DNA of 64,000 bases, from the NCBI GenBank assembly GCA_015655545.1, contig JAATET010000031.1, positions 18,099-82,098 on the forward strand, read 5' to 3'. Source of the DNA: Chthoniobacterales bacterium. Lineage in GTDB: Bacteria; Verrucomicrobiota; Verrucomicrobiia; Chthoniobacterales; JAATET01. The translations under genes and the position numbers were made by a program. Below the pieces are notes generated by a model. It saw only the letters and a list, made by a program, of their open reading frames with translations, had not been told where the DNA came from and made no database searches. This document shows positions 40,610 to 50,667 of the stretch, piece after piece (the first letter of the stretch is position 1; each line of letters begins with the position of its first letter).

Positions 40610-41907
40610 CGGCTCACGGCCGGTGCGCCGGCATGGGTGGCCTGGAAGGCGGAAAGCTCCCGCGCGATGCGGTCGGAGATGGTGGCGCGGACGCGGACGA
40701 ATGCCTCCTCGTAGTCGACCTGCCGCACGGCGCCTTCGCGATGCAGGCGGGCGAGCAGATCGGCGCGCTCGATGGGCAATCGCAGCTCCACCGTGCCGGT
40801 GCCGGCGCTCACGAAATCCGAGATGCGGTGCACGAGCTCGTCGAGACCTTGTCCGTCGTGCACGGAAATGAAGACGGCTTCCGGGAAATGCCTGCGCAGG
40901 ATCGCGCGCGTCGCCGGGTCCTCGACTTTGTCCATCTTGTTGAAGGCGACGAGCGTCTGTTTCGTGTCCGCGCCGAGGTCGGCGAGCACCTTCATCGTCG
41001 TGTTGTAAAATTCCATCACGCGCGGGTGCGACGCATCGAGGACGTGGATCAGGAAATCCGACAGGGCGGCTTCTTCGAGGGTGGCGTTGAAGGACTCGAC
41101 GAGCTGGTGCGGGAGCTTGCGGACGAAGCCGACGGTGTCGGTGAGCAAAAGGGGCTGCTTGTTGGGCAGGGCGATTTTGCGCGTGGTGGTGTCGAGCGTG
41201 GCGAAGAGCTTGTTTTCCACGAGCACGTCGGCGCCGGTGAGCTTGCGCAGGAGCGAGGATTTTCCGGCGTTCGTGTAGCCGACGATGGCGGCGTTTGGCA
41301 CGGGGGCGCGTTTGCGATCCTTGCGCTGGATGGCGCGGGATTGGCGGACGTTGACGAGCTCTTTTTTAAGGCGGTCGATCTGGCCGCGGATCTTGCGGCG
41401 ATCCTGCTCGAGCTGGCTCTCGCCTTCGCCCTTCGCGCCGATGCCGCCGCCCTGTTTGCCGAGGTGGCCCCACGCGCGGGTGAGACGCGGCATCGAGTAG
41501 GCCATGCGCGCGAGATCGACCTGGATGCGCGCCTCGCGGGTCTGCGCGCGCATGCCGAAGATATCGAGAATGATCTCCGCGCGATCGATGACGGTGACTT
41601 TGGAAAGATCCTCCCAATTCCGCTGCTGCGCGGGGGTGAGCTCGTTGTCGAAAATAATGACGTCGCAGTTCCGCGCCTGGAGATGGTCGCAGATTTCCTG
41701 CGCCTTGCCGGAGCCGAGAAGAAATCGCGCCTGCGTCTCGCGCATGTGCACGAGCATGCGGTCGACGATCGGGATGCCGAGCGTGCGCACGAGCTCGCCG
41801 AGCTCGTCGAGCAGATCCTGGGCGTCGGCTTTGTCCGCCGGATCGACGTAGGCGCCGACCAGCAGCGCCCGCTCGACGATTTTATCGCGTGGCTTGATTT
41901 CGAACAT
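40606..41907 (-). CDS. hflX: GTPase HflX
   Basis: LGSGK, ILDIF, GEGESQLE, GYTNAGKSS, LFATLD, DTVGF, NKMD. Confidence 0.96.
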   Translation of the reverse strand: MFEIKPRDKIVERALLVGAYVDPADKADAQDLLDELGELVRTLGIPIVDRMLVHMRETQARFLLGSGKAQEICDHLQARNCDVIIFDNELTPAQQRNWEDLSKVTVIDRAEIILDIFGMRAQTREARIQVDLARMAYSMPRLTRAWGHLGKQGGGIGAKGEGESQLEQDRRKIRGQIDRLKKELVNVRQSRAIQRKDRKRAPVPNAAIVGYTNAGKSSLLRKLTGADVLVENKLFATLDTTTRKIALPNKQPLLLTDTVGFVRKLPHQLVESFNATLEEAALSDFLIHVLDASHPRVMEFYNTTMKVLADLGADTKQTLVAFNKMDKVEDPATRAILRRHFPEAVFISVHDGQGLDELVHRISDFVSAGTGTVELRLPIERADLLARLHREGAVRQVDYEEAFVRVRATISDRIARELSAFQATHAGAPAVSR

Positions 41908-42006
41908 GCTGCCTCACCATAGCAGGCGCGGGAGATCGCGCCAGATTCGACGGGCGATGCCTGGCGCGGCTTCATTCGCGATCGCCGGCTGCCCTTTGCG
42001 GAGTTT

Positions 42007-43113
42007 TCAAGGGGCGGCGATCTGGACGGCCTGGACGGACTTTGCAGACTCACGCGCGGCGTCGAGGATCTCGACGACGGTGACATTCATGGGGAGCGAT
42101 GAGGGGCCGCCGGCGGGGTCTGCTTTTCCGCGCACGACGGCGGCAAAGTAGCTGAACGGATTGTCGTAGGGCGCCTCCGGCAGAGGCAGCTCGCGGCTTT
42201 TTTCTTCGGAGCCGTGGCGGAGGCGGAGATGGGTGCGGTCGTCCGCGAAGGCAGCGCCTTTCGTGCCGTAAACTTCGAGATTTTTTCGACCGTATGGCCA
42301 GTTCCAGGAAGCCTGGATGATGCCTTGCGCGTGCGCGTAGAGCAGCAGGATCGTGGCCTCGTCCTCGACTTTCGCGTAGGCCGGATCGGTTTTGAATTTC
42401 TGCGTTGCGGCCACGATGGACTGGGGCCGTTCGCCGTTCATCAGCCACGTCATCAGATCCGCGCCGTAGCAGCCAAAATCGACCAGGGCGCCGCCGCCGT
42501 TCAATACGGGGTCGGTGAGCCAGGCGAGGAATTCCGGCGGGATGTTGATTTCCTTCGGCCCCTCGTGGCCGTCGCAGGCGATCATTTTTCGAATCTCGCC
42601 GAGTTCGCCTTTCGCCACGAGCCGTTGCGCTTCCTGCACGGTGGGATACCAGGTCGTTTCGTAGTTCGTGAGCACCTGGACGTCATGCTCGGCGGCGAGT
42701 TTTTCGATTTCCCGAGCGTCCTATCCGTTCGAGGCGAGCGGCTTCTCGACCATGATGTCGATTCCGTGTTTCGCGCACGCGCGGATGATTTCGAGATGGT
42801 CGTGGATCGAGGTGAATACCACGACAGCTTCGGGTTTCGCGGTATCGAGCATGCGGTCGATGTCGGGCTGGACGATGCCCGGGTCGAAGTGAAACCGCGC
42901 GGCCATCTGCTGCGCCAGCGCCGCGTCCGGTTCGGAGATGCCGACGATCCGGATATCCTTCCGGTCGAGGTGGCTGAGAATGTTGCCGACATGCCCGTGC
43001 ACGAGGCCGTCGACGCCGAGGCGAAGAGGTTTTTGGCCGGAAGCGGGAGTCTGCGCGGGAGAGGGGAGGATAGCCACGCTGGTCAGAGCGAGCAGGAGGA
43101 GTGGGCTTTTCAT
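42007..43113 (-). pseudogene. exported Gfo/Idh/MocA oxidoreductase with an in-frame TAG at 42721-42723
   Basis: Signal peptide, GLVHGH, MVEKPLASNG*DAREIEKLAAEHDVQVLTNYETTWYP, GGGALVDFGCYG; the two track ORFs share one frame. Confidence 0.85.
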
Positions 43114-43324
43114 GAGGGGGGCGGATGAGAGTTATATCGGCGGCGTGGAGGGGCTGCAATATTCCGAACGGCGAGTGGCTTGCGGTCTGGCGCCGGTGTT
43201 TGCTGCCCGGACGGGCGCCGTCCCACCCGCGAACTTCGGGTCGGCCCTGGGAAAAGTCGCTCTTGATGGGATCGCGGCGACGGCCCTTGAATCGGGCCGC
43301 GAAGTCGGGCTAGCGTATCGGGCG

Positions 43325-43660
43325 ATGAGCAAACCCGCCTGCCCGATGTGCGAAATGGACGATGTGCTGGACCACGCGGATCGCTGGGAATGCGTCACCT
43401 GCGGGCACGAGTGGCCGCGGGAGGCCGAGCCGGTCGAGGCCGCCGGAGCGCGCGTCGTCAAGGACGCCTACGGCACGGTGCTCGCGGATGGCGACTCGGT
43501 GACGCTGATCAAGGATTTGAAACTCAAGGGCTCGTCTCAGGTCATCAAAGGCGGAACGAAGGCGAAGGGCATTCGCCTCGGGGACGGCGATCACGAAATC
43601 TCCTGCAAGATCGATGGCAGCGCCATTGGATTGAAGGCGTGTTTCGTGAAAAAGGCCTGA
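43325..43660 (+). CDS. yjdM: zinc-ribbon protein YjdM/PhnA family
   Basis: CPMC...CVTCGHEW, VKDAYG.VLADGDSVTLIKDLK. Confidence 0.9.
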   Translation: MSKPACPMCEMDDVLDHADRWECVTCGHEWPREAEPVEAAGARVVKDAYGTVLADGDSVTLIKDLKLKGSSQVIKGGTKAKGIRLGDGDHEISCKIDGSAIGLKACFVKKA

Positions 43661-43680
43661 AAAATTCTCCGGTCGTCCGG

Positions 43681-44802
43681 TCAGGCGGCGAGTTCCGCTC
43701 CGGCGGCAGCGATGACGTCGGAGAGGCTGGTCGATTTCCTGGCCTGGAGTTTCTTCATCCCGGACTGAACGGCGGGCAGAATGTCGTCCAGCTCCCGGGC
43801 GACCACGAAATCGCCGACGACGCACATGCTGCCGAGCAGATCGATGAGCGGATCCCAAAAATGGAGCCCGGCGTGGTTTTGCCGATTGAAGATCACCACC
43901 GGCTTGCCTTCCATGAGCGGATGTTTCTGGTGTTTGAAGATCATCAACGCCAGGAGCTCCTGCACCGTGCCGGCGCCGCCGGGGAGAATGATGAAGGCGT
44001 CGGAATGCTGGATCATCACCTCCATGCGGGTGTAGATATCCGGCCGGGGCCAGAAGCAGGAAAGTCCATCGGGCAGGCCCTCGAGCTCGATGATGTGCGG
44101 GACGTTCGATCCGGCGGTCCATCCTCCCGCATTCACCGAGCCTTTTACGACCGCGCCCATGATGCCGGAGCGGCCCGCGCCGGAGATGCAGCCGATTTTG
44201 TTTTCGGCCAGGATGCGCCCCATGGCCTCGCCATCCGCCAGGTAGGAAGGTTCCTTGAGCGACGCGGAGCAGAAGACGCAGGCGCTGCCGATGTAATCCT
44301 CGGGAATCGGAGCATCGATGACGGTGCCGCTGGCTTCCGCGATCTTGTGGCGCCGCGCATCCGGAGTGCCTTGCGACTTCGCGAGCTCCAGGCTATCGAG
44401 CACGGCCTCGGCGGAATCGACCGCGAGCAGGAAGTCTTCGTGGTTCTGGAGAACAGCGCCGAGTTTCCGCAGATGCGCCAGCACCGCGAAGAACGGATTC
44501 CAGGACGCATCTTCGTTGAGGATGATGGTCGGCTTGCCGGCCAGATTGCGGTCGAGCGTCTGGAAGCCGACGAAGATGGAGATCGCCTTGAACATGTCCT
44601 CCAGCGTCGCTCCGGGCGTGAAAACGAAGGCGTCGGATTCGATGATTTTTTTCTCGATGTTCGAGAGCGTGATCCGCTGGTCGCCATTCGAGTTATAGAT
44701 GTCCCATCCTTTTGCGAAGAGGAGGTAGAGAAGCCTGGCGCGAGAGGCGCGACTGGGGTCATCGGCGCCGAGAACGGTTCCGGAAAGTCTGATTTTTGGC
44801 AT
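43681..44802 (-). CDS. LOG-family protein with a tandem LOG-like N-terminal domain
   Basis: C-terminal VFCSAS, SGAGRSGIMG, RMEVM, PGGAGTVQEL; N-terminal SDAFVFTPGATLED. Confidence 0.85.
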   Translation of the reverse strand: MPKIRLSGTVLGADDPSRASRARLLYLLFAKGWDIYNSNGDQRITLSNIEKKIIESDAFVFTPGATLEDMFKAISIFVGFQTLDRNLAGKPTIILNEDASWNPFFAVLAHLRKLGAVLQNHEDFLLAVDSAEAVLDSLELAKSQGTPDARRHKIAEASGTVIDAPIPEDYIGSACVFCSASLKEPSYLADGEAMGRILAENKIGCISGAGRSGIMGAVVKGSVNAGGWTAGSNVPHIIELEGLPDGLSCFWPRPDIYTRMEVMIQHSDAFIILPGGAGTVQELLALMIFKHQKHPLMEGKPVVIFNRQNHAGLHFWDPLIDLLGSMCVVGDFVVARELDDILPAVQSGMKKLQARKSTSLSDVIAAAGAELAA

Positions 44803-44900
44803 GCGTCGCTTAGGTCGTATCGAGAAGTATAGCAGTAAATGGGCCGATGGGAGCAATGTTCGTGCGCTGATTGCGTGGAGGCATTCAGGTTGAAATCGCG

Positions 44901-47306
44901 CTACGAGCCCGGTGCGACCGGACTCCATCGGGCAAGCATCCCGGAGAGATCGCGGGGATGGATCGGCTTGGAGAGATAGTCCGACATGCCCGCGGCGAGG
45001 CAGAGCTCGCGGTCGCCCTTCACGGCATTGGCCGTCATCGCGATGATCGGAATGCGGGCATTCGCCGTGCCGCCGGCGCGAATCCGCCGGGTCGCTTCGT
45101 AGCCGTCCATCACGGGCATTTGACAATCCATCAACACCACGTCGTAGGCGTGCGCCGCCAGTGCCTCGATGGCGGCTTGTCCGTTGGCCACGGCCCGCGT
45201 CTCGCAGCCAAGCTTGGACAACACGGCAAGAGCGACCTTTTGATTGGTCGCATTATCCTCCACGAGCAGGACGCGCAGGTTCTCGGGTTTGCGCCCCTCG
45301 GGTGCGGAAAGGTCCTGTTCCGGGGGGAGCGCCTTTCCTTCGCGACACGGCACGGTGAACCAGAAAGCCGACCCGACTCCGGGCGTGCTATCCAGCCCGA
45401 TCCGCCCGCCCATCAGCTCGACCAGGTTCTTGGAAATCGCGAGTCCCAGTCCGGAGCCGCCATGGATGCGGGTCGTCGAGGAATCCGCCTGCGAAAAGGG
45501 CCGGAAGAGGTGCGCGGCCTGCTCTGGAGAAATCCCCGCGCCCGTGTCGGACACCTCGAAGCGCAGGTCGTCGCCCTCGCGGGAGACGGAGATGCGGATG
45601 CTCCCCGCGTCGGTAAATTTCACGGCATTTCCGCCGAGATTCAGCAGCACCTGGCGCAGCCGCGTGGGGTCGCCGAGCAGATAACGCGGCACCTCCGGAG
45701 CGAAACGAGTTTCCAGCACCAGCAGCTTCGAGCGGCAGGTCACGGCGAGCATGTCGGCGGTGGAGGAAACCAGGTAGTGGCTGTCGAAATCCAGCTCTTC
45801 GAGCTCCACCTGGCGGGCCTCGATCTTCGAGAAATCGAGCACGTCGTTGATCGTGGCCAGCAGCGCATCCGCGCTGGTCTGGATGGTCTCGACATACCGC
45901 AGCTGCTCGAGGGAGAGCGCCGTCTCCATCAGCAGATCCGTCATGCCGATCACGCCGTTCATCGGCGTGCGAATCTCGTGGCTCATGTTCGCGAGAAATT
46001 CGCTTTTCGCTTTGCTGCCCTCATTGGCCTTGCGGGCGAGCTCCTCCATCCGCTCGAGCGCGGCCTCGAGTCCCTCGTTCGCCGCCTGCAGCTCGATTTC
46101 CGAGTTTTTGAGGCGCGTGATGTTCTCGCTCGCCATGATCAATCCGCAGACATTTCCGTCCGCATCGCGCCAGGGCGCCACTTCCCAGCGCAGCCAGTAG
46201 CGCGAGCCATCCCCGAGTTCGAAGAAATCCTCCTCGCAGCGTTCCATGACACCGCCCAGACAGCGCCGATGGATCGCTTTCCATCGCTCCGGGAGATCCG
46301 GAAAGACCTCGTAGTGGGAACGGCCGGTCACGGTCTGCTCCGTGAGCTGGTAGTCGTCGAGCCATCTTTGGCTGCAGATGAGATAACGCAGGTCGCGGTC
46401 GAACATCGCCACCGCCGAGGGCGCATGCCGGACGAAGGTCATGAGCTGGTCGCGCGAGGCGGCGATGGCCTGCTCCGTTTTCTTCCGCGCCGAAATATCG
46501 GAAAAAAGCCCAAGCGTGCCGGTCAGGACTCCGTCACCGTCGCGGATCGCGGTCACGGACAGCTGCGCGGCCATCGTCGAGCCATCCTTGCGGACGAATG
46601 TCCATTCGGAATCGTTCGGCAAACCGAGCAGCGCTTTGGCGATGAAAACCTCCCATCCCGGCGAAATCTCCCGGCCGAGTTCCGCGGAGAGCTCCTTCGC
46701 CCGTGCGACGACCTCCTCCGGGACGTGCAGAATCTGCGGCGTCTGAAGGCCGATCATCTCGCCGGCCGGATAGCCCGTGAGACGTTCCGCAGCGGGATTC
46801 AGAATCGTGATCACGCCCGCCGCGTCGGTCGCAATGATGGCGTAGCCTGCGTTTTCGAGGATCGCCACATGCATACGCGCGAGCGCTTCGAGGTTCGCTT
46901 CCGAGCGCTTCTTTTCGGTAACGTCCTCCTTGATCGCAACGTAGTGAGCGATGGCGCCATCCTCCGCCTTGATCGAGGAGATCGAAGCCGACTCCCAATA
47001 AAGGGATCCGTCCTTCCGGCGGTTGTGAAATTCTCCCTTCCAGATTTCTCCCGCGCGGAGCCTCGTCCACATTTGCCCGTAAAACTCCGGCGATTGCTCT
47101 CCCGATTTCAAGATTCGCGGATTGAGCCCCTGCACCTCATTTGCGCGATAGCCCGTGATCTCCTCGAAGCGCGGATTCACATACTCGATGCGGCCCGCGA
47201 CATCCGTGATCACGATCATCGCCGGGCTTTGCTCGGCGGCGATTCGAAACAACTGCAGTGAGTCGGTCTCGAGCGGGCCCGCAACATTGGAGCCGGGCTT
47301 GCTCAT
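44901..47306 (-). CDS. PAS-domain hybrid sensor histidine kinase / response regulator
   Basis: Three PAS domains, FLANMSHEIRTPMNG, HATPase GGSGLGLAIS, receiver VLMDCQMPVMDG. Confidence 0.95.
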   Translation of the reverse strand: MSKPGSNVAGPLETDSLQLFRIAAEQSPAMIVITDVAGRIEYVNPRFEEITGYRANEVQGLNPRILKSGEQSPEFYGQMWTRLRAGEIWKGEFHNRRKDGSLYWESASISSIKAEDGAIAHYVAIKEDVTEKKRSEANLEALARMHVAILENAGYAIIATDAAGVITILNPAAERLTGYPAGEMIGLQTPQILHVPEEVVARAKELSAELGREISPGWEVFIAKALLGLPNDSEWTFVRKDGSTMAAQLSVTAIRDGDGVLTGTLGLFSDISARKKTEQAIAASRDQLMTFVRHAPSAVAMFDRDLRYLICSQRWLDDYQLTEQTVTGRSHYEVFPDLPERWKAIHRRCLGGVMERCEEDFFELGDGSRYWLRWEVAPWRDADGNVCGLIMASENITRLKNSEIELQAANEGLEAALERMEELARKANEGSKAKSEFLANMSHEIRTPMNGVIGMTDLLMETALSLEQLRYVETIQTSADALLATINDVLDFSKIEARQVELEELDFDSHYLVSSTADMLAVTCRSKLLVLETRFAPEVPRYLLGDPTRLRQVLLNLGGNAVKFTDAGSIRISVSREGDDLRFEVSDTGAGISPEQAAHLFRPFSQADSSTTRIHGGSGLGLAISKNLVELMGGRIGLDSTPGVGSAFWFTVPCREGKALPPEQDLSAPEGRKPENLRVLLVEDNATNQKVALAVLSKLGCETRAVANGQAAIEALAAHAYDVVLMDCQMPVMDGYEATRRIRAGGTANARIPIIAMTANAVKGDRELCLAAGMSDYLSKPIHPRDLSGMLARWSPVAPGS

Positions 47307-47492
47307 GCGCCGCCTTCTTTCGGGACGGTCCACCCGGTCGCGGCAAAACCCCTCGCCGTCTGCACGCCATCTTTGTCCAGGAGGGACATGATTTATCGTT
47401 ATCACTATGGGCGGACAAAGTCACGGAGTAGTCCCGAACCGTGGGAATCTTGATGCCCGCCCAAAACTCCCGCCCGTTCGCTCCGACACGAC

Positions 47493-48590
47493 TCAGCCGC
47501 GGTAGATCCACGCCGGCATTTCGACCCCCGCCCCGGCCAGCAGCGCATCGACGGCGGGGCGATCGGGCGAAAATTCGCAAACCGGATCGGTGCGGGCCGC
47601 GTCGCCGGCCAGCAGCGCGGCCTGGCACCGGCAGCCGCCGAAATCGCGCTCCCGCTCCGGGCAGCTGTGGCAAGGTTCGGGCATCCATTCGGTGCCGCGG
47701 AAGCGGTTGAAGGCGGGGCTCTCGCGCCAGATCCACGCGAGGCTTTGCGACTTCGCGTTGTCGAACTTGAGGTCGGGAATGGAATTCGCGGCCTGGCACG
47801 GCAGCACGTCGCCGCGGGGGTTCACGGTCAGGCTGCGCGCGCCCCAGCCATGCAGGCAGGGCTTCGGCCGCCGTTCGTAATAATCGGGCAGCACATAGAC
47901 GATTTGCAGCCGCCCGGAGAGCCGCTCCGCTGCGGCGCGGGCGGTCTTTTCGGCCTGGAGCGCCTGCGCGTGGGTCGGGAGCAGCGCGGCGCGATTTCGG
48001 AACGCCCAGCCGTAGAATTGCGCATTCGCGAGCTCGAGCCGCATCGCGCCGAGGGACTCGACCATCGCAATGATCGCGGGCAGGCGATCGATATTGCGGC
48101 GATGCAGCACGACGTTCACCCCGAGCGGAAATCCGGCGGCGACCACGTCGCGAGCCGCGGCGAGCTTACGCTCGTGCGCGGATGCGCCGGCGATGCCGTC
48201 GCCGAGCAGGCCTTCATCCGCCTGAAAGCTGATTTGCACCGCGTCGAGCCCGGCATCGCGCAATTCCCGCGCCCGCTCCGGCCCGAGGCCCGCGCCGCTG
48301 GTGATGAGATTCGAATACAGCCCTTCGGCGCGCGCGGTTTCGATCAATCGAGGCAGCTCGCGATAGAGCAGCGGTTCGCCGCCGGAGAAGCCGACCTGCA
48401 CCACGCCGAGCTGCGCGGCTTCCCGCAGCACGCGCATCCAATCTTCGGCCGGCATTTCCTCGGCGCGCGCGGCGAGTTCGAGCGGGTTCGAGCAATACGG
48501 GCAGTGCAGCGGGCAGCGGTGTGTGAGCTCCGCGAGCAGGCCATACGGGCGCGGAGCGGCTGTTCCTGGGGCAAGCCGGGGCGCGGTCAT
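47493..48590 (-). CDS. pqqE: PqqA peptide cyclase, radical SAM/SPASM
   Basis: AELTHRCPLHCPYCSNP, PKPCLHGWG, CHSCPERERDFGGCRCQA. Confidence 0.95.
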   Translation of the reverse strand: MTAPRLAPGTAAPRPYGLLAELTHRCPLHCPYCSNPLELAARAEEMPAEDWMRVLREAAQLGVVQVGFSGGEPLLYRELPRLIETARAEGLYSNLITSGAGLGPERARELRDAGLDAVQISFQADEGLLGDGIAGASAHERKLAAARDVVAAGFPLGVNVVLHRRNIDRLPAIIAMVESLGAMRLELANAQFYGWAFRNRAALLPTHAQALQAEKTARAAAERLSGRLQIVYVLPDYYERRPKPCLHGWGARSLTVNPRGDVLPCQAANSIPDLKFDNAKSQSLAWIWRESPAFNRFRGTEWMPEPCHSCPERERDFGGCRCQAALLAGDAARTDPVCEFSPDRPAVDALLAGAGVEMPAWIYRG

Positions 48591-48859
48591 GTCCCGAGCA
48601 GGCCTCGCGCGGCCAGGGCGTCGAGGCAGGATTCCACATCCGCCCGCAGCACGGCGGGCTCGACTTCATATTGCGCGGCGAGTGCGGCGACGATTCCGTC
48701 GGCGGTTCGCATGCCGTCGCAAAGTTGCACGATCGCATCGGCGGTCTCGCTCAATTCCACCGCGCCCTCCGGATGCAAAAGCATCGCGCCGCCGGTCACG
48801 CGATCGAGCTGGCGCCGCACGTGCGGCGCGAGGCGGGGCTGGGAATCAGGCGTCGGCAT
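48587..48859 (-). CDS. pqqD: PqqA-binding chaperone PqqD
   Basis: LLHPEGAVELSETA..IVQLCDG; lies between pqqC and pqqE. Confidence 0.9.
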   Translation of the reverse strand: MPTPDSQPRLAPHVRRQLDRVTGGAMLLHPEGAVELSETADAIVQLCDGMRTADGIVAALAAQYEVEPAVLRADVESCLDALAARGLLGT

Positions 48860-49541
48860 CGATGGCGTCGAGAATGGACCACAAGACGTCGCATTTGAAA
48901 CGGAGCGCATCCACCGCGCGCTGCTGCAGCCCGGGTGTGTCGCACCAGCGCAGGGTGAGGTCGAGAGCCTCGTTCGAATCGACGCGCGCCTGCGTGACGC
49001 GGCTCTGGAAATAGTCGAAGGCCGAGTTGGGCACCCAGGTGTAATATTTGCGAAAAGCCTCGAGCCGCCTGGACATGATGTCCGGCGCGAAGAGCTCGGT
49101 GAGCGAGGAAGCGATCGCGATCGGCCACGGCTGGGTGCGGGCAAAATGCACATACGCGTCCACCGCGAAACGCACGCCGGGCCGCAGGCCTTCGCCGGCC
49201 AGCACCTGATCGCGTGCGAGCCCGCAACCCTCGGCGAGCCGCAGCCAGGCCTCAATGCCGCCGGCATTACCCTGGCCGCCGGCATTTCCCTCGGCGCGCC
49301 CGTCGTGATCCTCGATGCGGTGAATCCAGATGCGGCGCACTTCGCGCTCGGGGCAGTTGCTCAGGATCGCGGCGTCCTTGATCGGAATATTGCGCTGATA
49401 ATAGAAGCGGTTCGCCGCCCAGGTGCGGATTTGTTCCGGCTTCAGCTCGCCGGCGTTCATGCGCACGTGAAAAGGGTGCAGATGATGATAGCCGCTCTCG
49501 CCCACCGCTCGCAGCGCCGACAGAAAATCCTCGGAAGTCAT
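48846..49541 (-). CDS. pqqC: PQQ synthase PqqC
   Basis: YHHLHPFH, NRFYYQRNIPIKDAAI, RIEDHDG, SSLTELFAP. Confidence 0.95.
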   Translation of the reverse strand: MTSEDFLSALRAVGESGYHHLHPFHVRMNAGELKPEQIRTWAANRFYYQRNIPIKDAAILSNCPEREVRRIWIHRIEDHDGRAEGNAGGQGNAGGIEAWLRLAEGCGLARDQVLAGEGLRPGVRFAVDAYVHFARTQPWPIAIASSLTELFAPDIMSRRLEAFRKYYTWVPNSAFDYFQSRVTQARVDSNEALDLTLRWCDTPGLQQRAVDALRFKCDVLWSILDAIDADA

Positions 49542-49545
49542 GGCG

Positions 49546-50445
49546 TCAAAAGACCGCGTGCTCGCCGTCCTCGGCCACGCGGAGGCCGGCGGCTTCGAGT
49601 GCCCGGCGTTCCGCCGAGTCGGGCCGCAGGATGGGGTTGGTATTGTTGAGGTGGAGATAAGAAACGCGCCCCGGTCCCAGCGCGGACAAGGCGGCGAGGC
49701 TGCCGCTTTCGCCGGAGATCGGCACGTGGCCCATGTCTCGCGCGCGGCGGGTCGAAAAGGTCAGGCGTGCGAGCTCGTCCTCGTCCCAGAACGTGCCGTC
49801 GAACCAAATCCGCCCGCATCCGGTCAACTCGCTCATCAATGCCGCATCCAGGATCGCCACATCTGGAAAAACACCGGCCACGGCAGCGCCGTTTCGAAAT
49901 AAATATCCCACCGCATGCGAGCCTTCCGAAGCGGGGAATTGGTCATAGCGGGGCGGTTCGCCGCCTCGGAGCGGAACGCAGCGCACTTCCAGCCCGCTTT
50001 CATCGACTGGCAGCCATTCTTCGCGCGCCAGCCGCCATTCGAGGCCCGCGTAGGCGCCGACGACCCGGCTGAGCCCGGGCCCGTGCTCGAGGCTCCGGCG
50101 CACGGCTTCCGGCGCGGTGAGCCGCAGGGGCGAGCCTTCGCGGAGTTGGAAAAGCCCCAGCGTGTGGTCGAGGTCGGCGTTCGTTAAAAAAATGCCGGCG
50201 AGCGGTCGATCGCGGATGCCGGCTCCGGGCGCGAGCCGCGGGCGGATGCAGCGCTCGAGCTGTGTGGTGACGTCCGGCGAGGCGTTGACGAGGTGCCAAT
50301 CGCGGCCGTTGCCCGAGATGGCGAGGGAGCTTTGCAGCCGGGAAGGCAAAACCCCCGCGCGGGCGAGCTGGCAATTCGGACAGGCGCAGTTCCATTGCGG
50401 GAAGCCGCCGCCGGCCGCGGTTCCGAGGACCAGGACTTCGAGCAA
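49546..50445 (-). CDS. pqqB: PqqB (metallo-beta-lactamase fold)
   Basis: LGTAAGGGFPQWNC, NASPD, DLDHTLGL, FDGTFW, MGH, HLNNTNP. Confidence 0.95.
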   Translation of the reverse strand: MLEVLVLGTAAGGGFPQWNCACPNCQLARAGVLPSRLQSSLAISGNGRDWHLVNASPDVTTQLERCIRPRLAPGAGIRDRPLAGIFLTNADLDHTLGLFQLREGSPLRLTAPEAVRRSLEHGPGLSRVVGAYAGLEWRLAREEWLPVDESGLEVRCVPLRGGEPPRYDQFPASEGSHAVGYLFRNGAAVAGVFPDVAILDAALMSELTGCGRIWFDGTFWDEDELARLTFSTRRARDMGHVPISGESGSLAALSALGPGRVSYLHLNNTNPILRPDSAERRALEAAGLRVAEDGEHAVF

Positions 50446-50451
50446 GCCGGC

Positions 50452-50538
50452 TTAGCGGGTGCCCGAATACAACGAAACTTCGAAGAAGATCGGGATATCC
50501 TTCAGTTTGGGGGCCGTCCAGATGGGTTTGATTTTCAT
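50452..50538 (-). CDS. pqqA: PQQ precursor peptide PqqA (28 aa)
   Basis: MKIKPIWTAPKLKDIPIFFEVSLYSGTR: WxxP and ExxxY motifs, directly upstream of pqqB. Confidence 0.9.
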   Translation of the reverse strand: MKIKPIWTAPKLKDIPIFFEVSLYSGTR

Positions 50539-50667
50539 AGGGCTGGTGGAGACGTTTCGCTCGTTGCCCGAGGATTACAAGGGGATTTTTGCCATCGAGC
50601 CCCAGTGTTGGCCGATAAAAATGAAACATTTGTTTGAAACATTCGTATCGGCCTCTATTTTCCGCGG

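Noticed and set aside
9870-42723. Genome-wide stop-codon reassignment (TAG to Gln/Pyl, or TGA to Trp)
   Set aside because: TAG ends slyD right after its His tail and also ends yhbY and the ferritin gene; TGA ends rapA, pqqE and others at the expected positions; Trp is TGG elsewhere; no pyl genes or suppressor tRNA are in the window.
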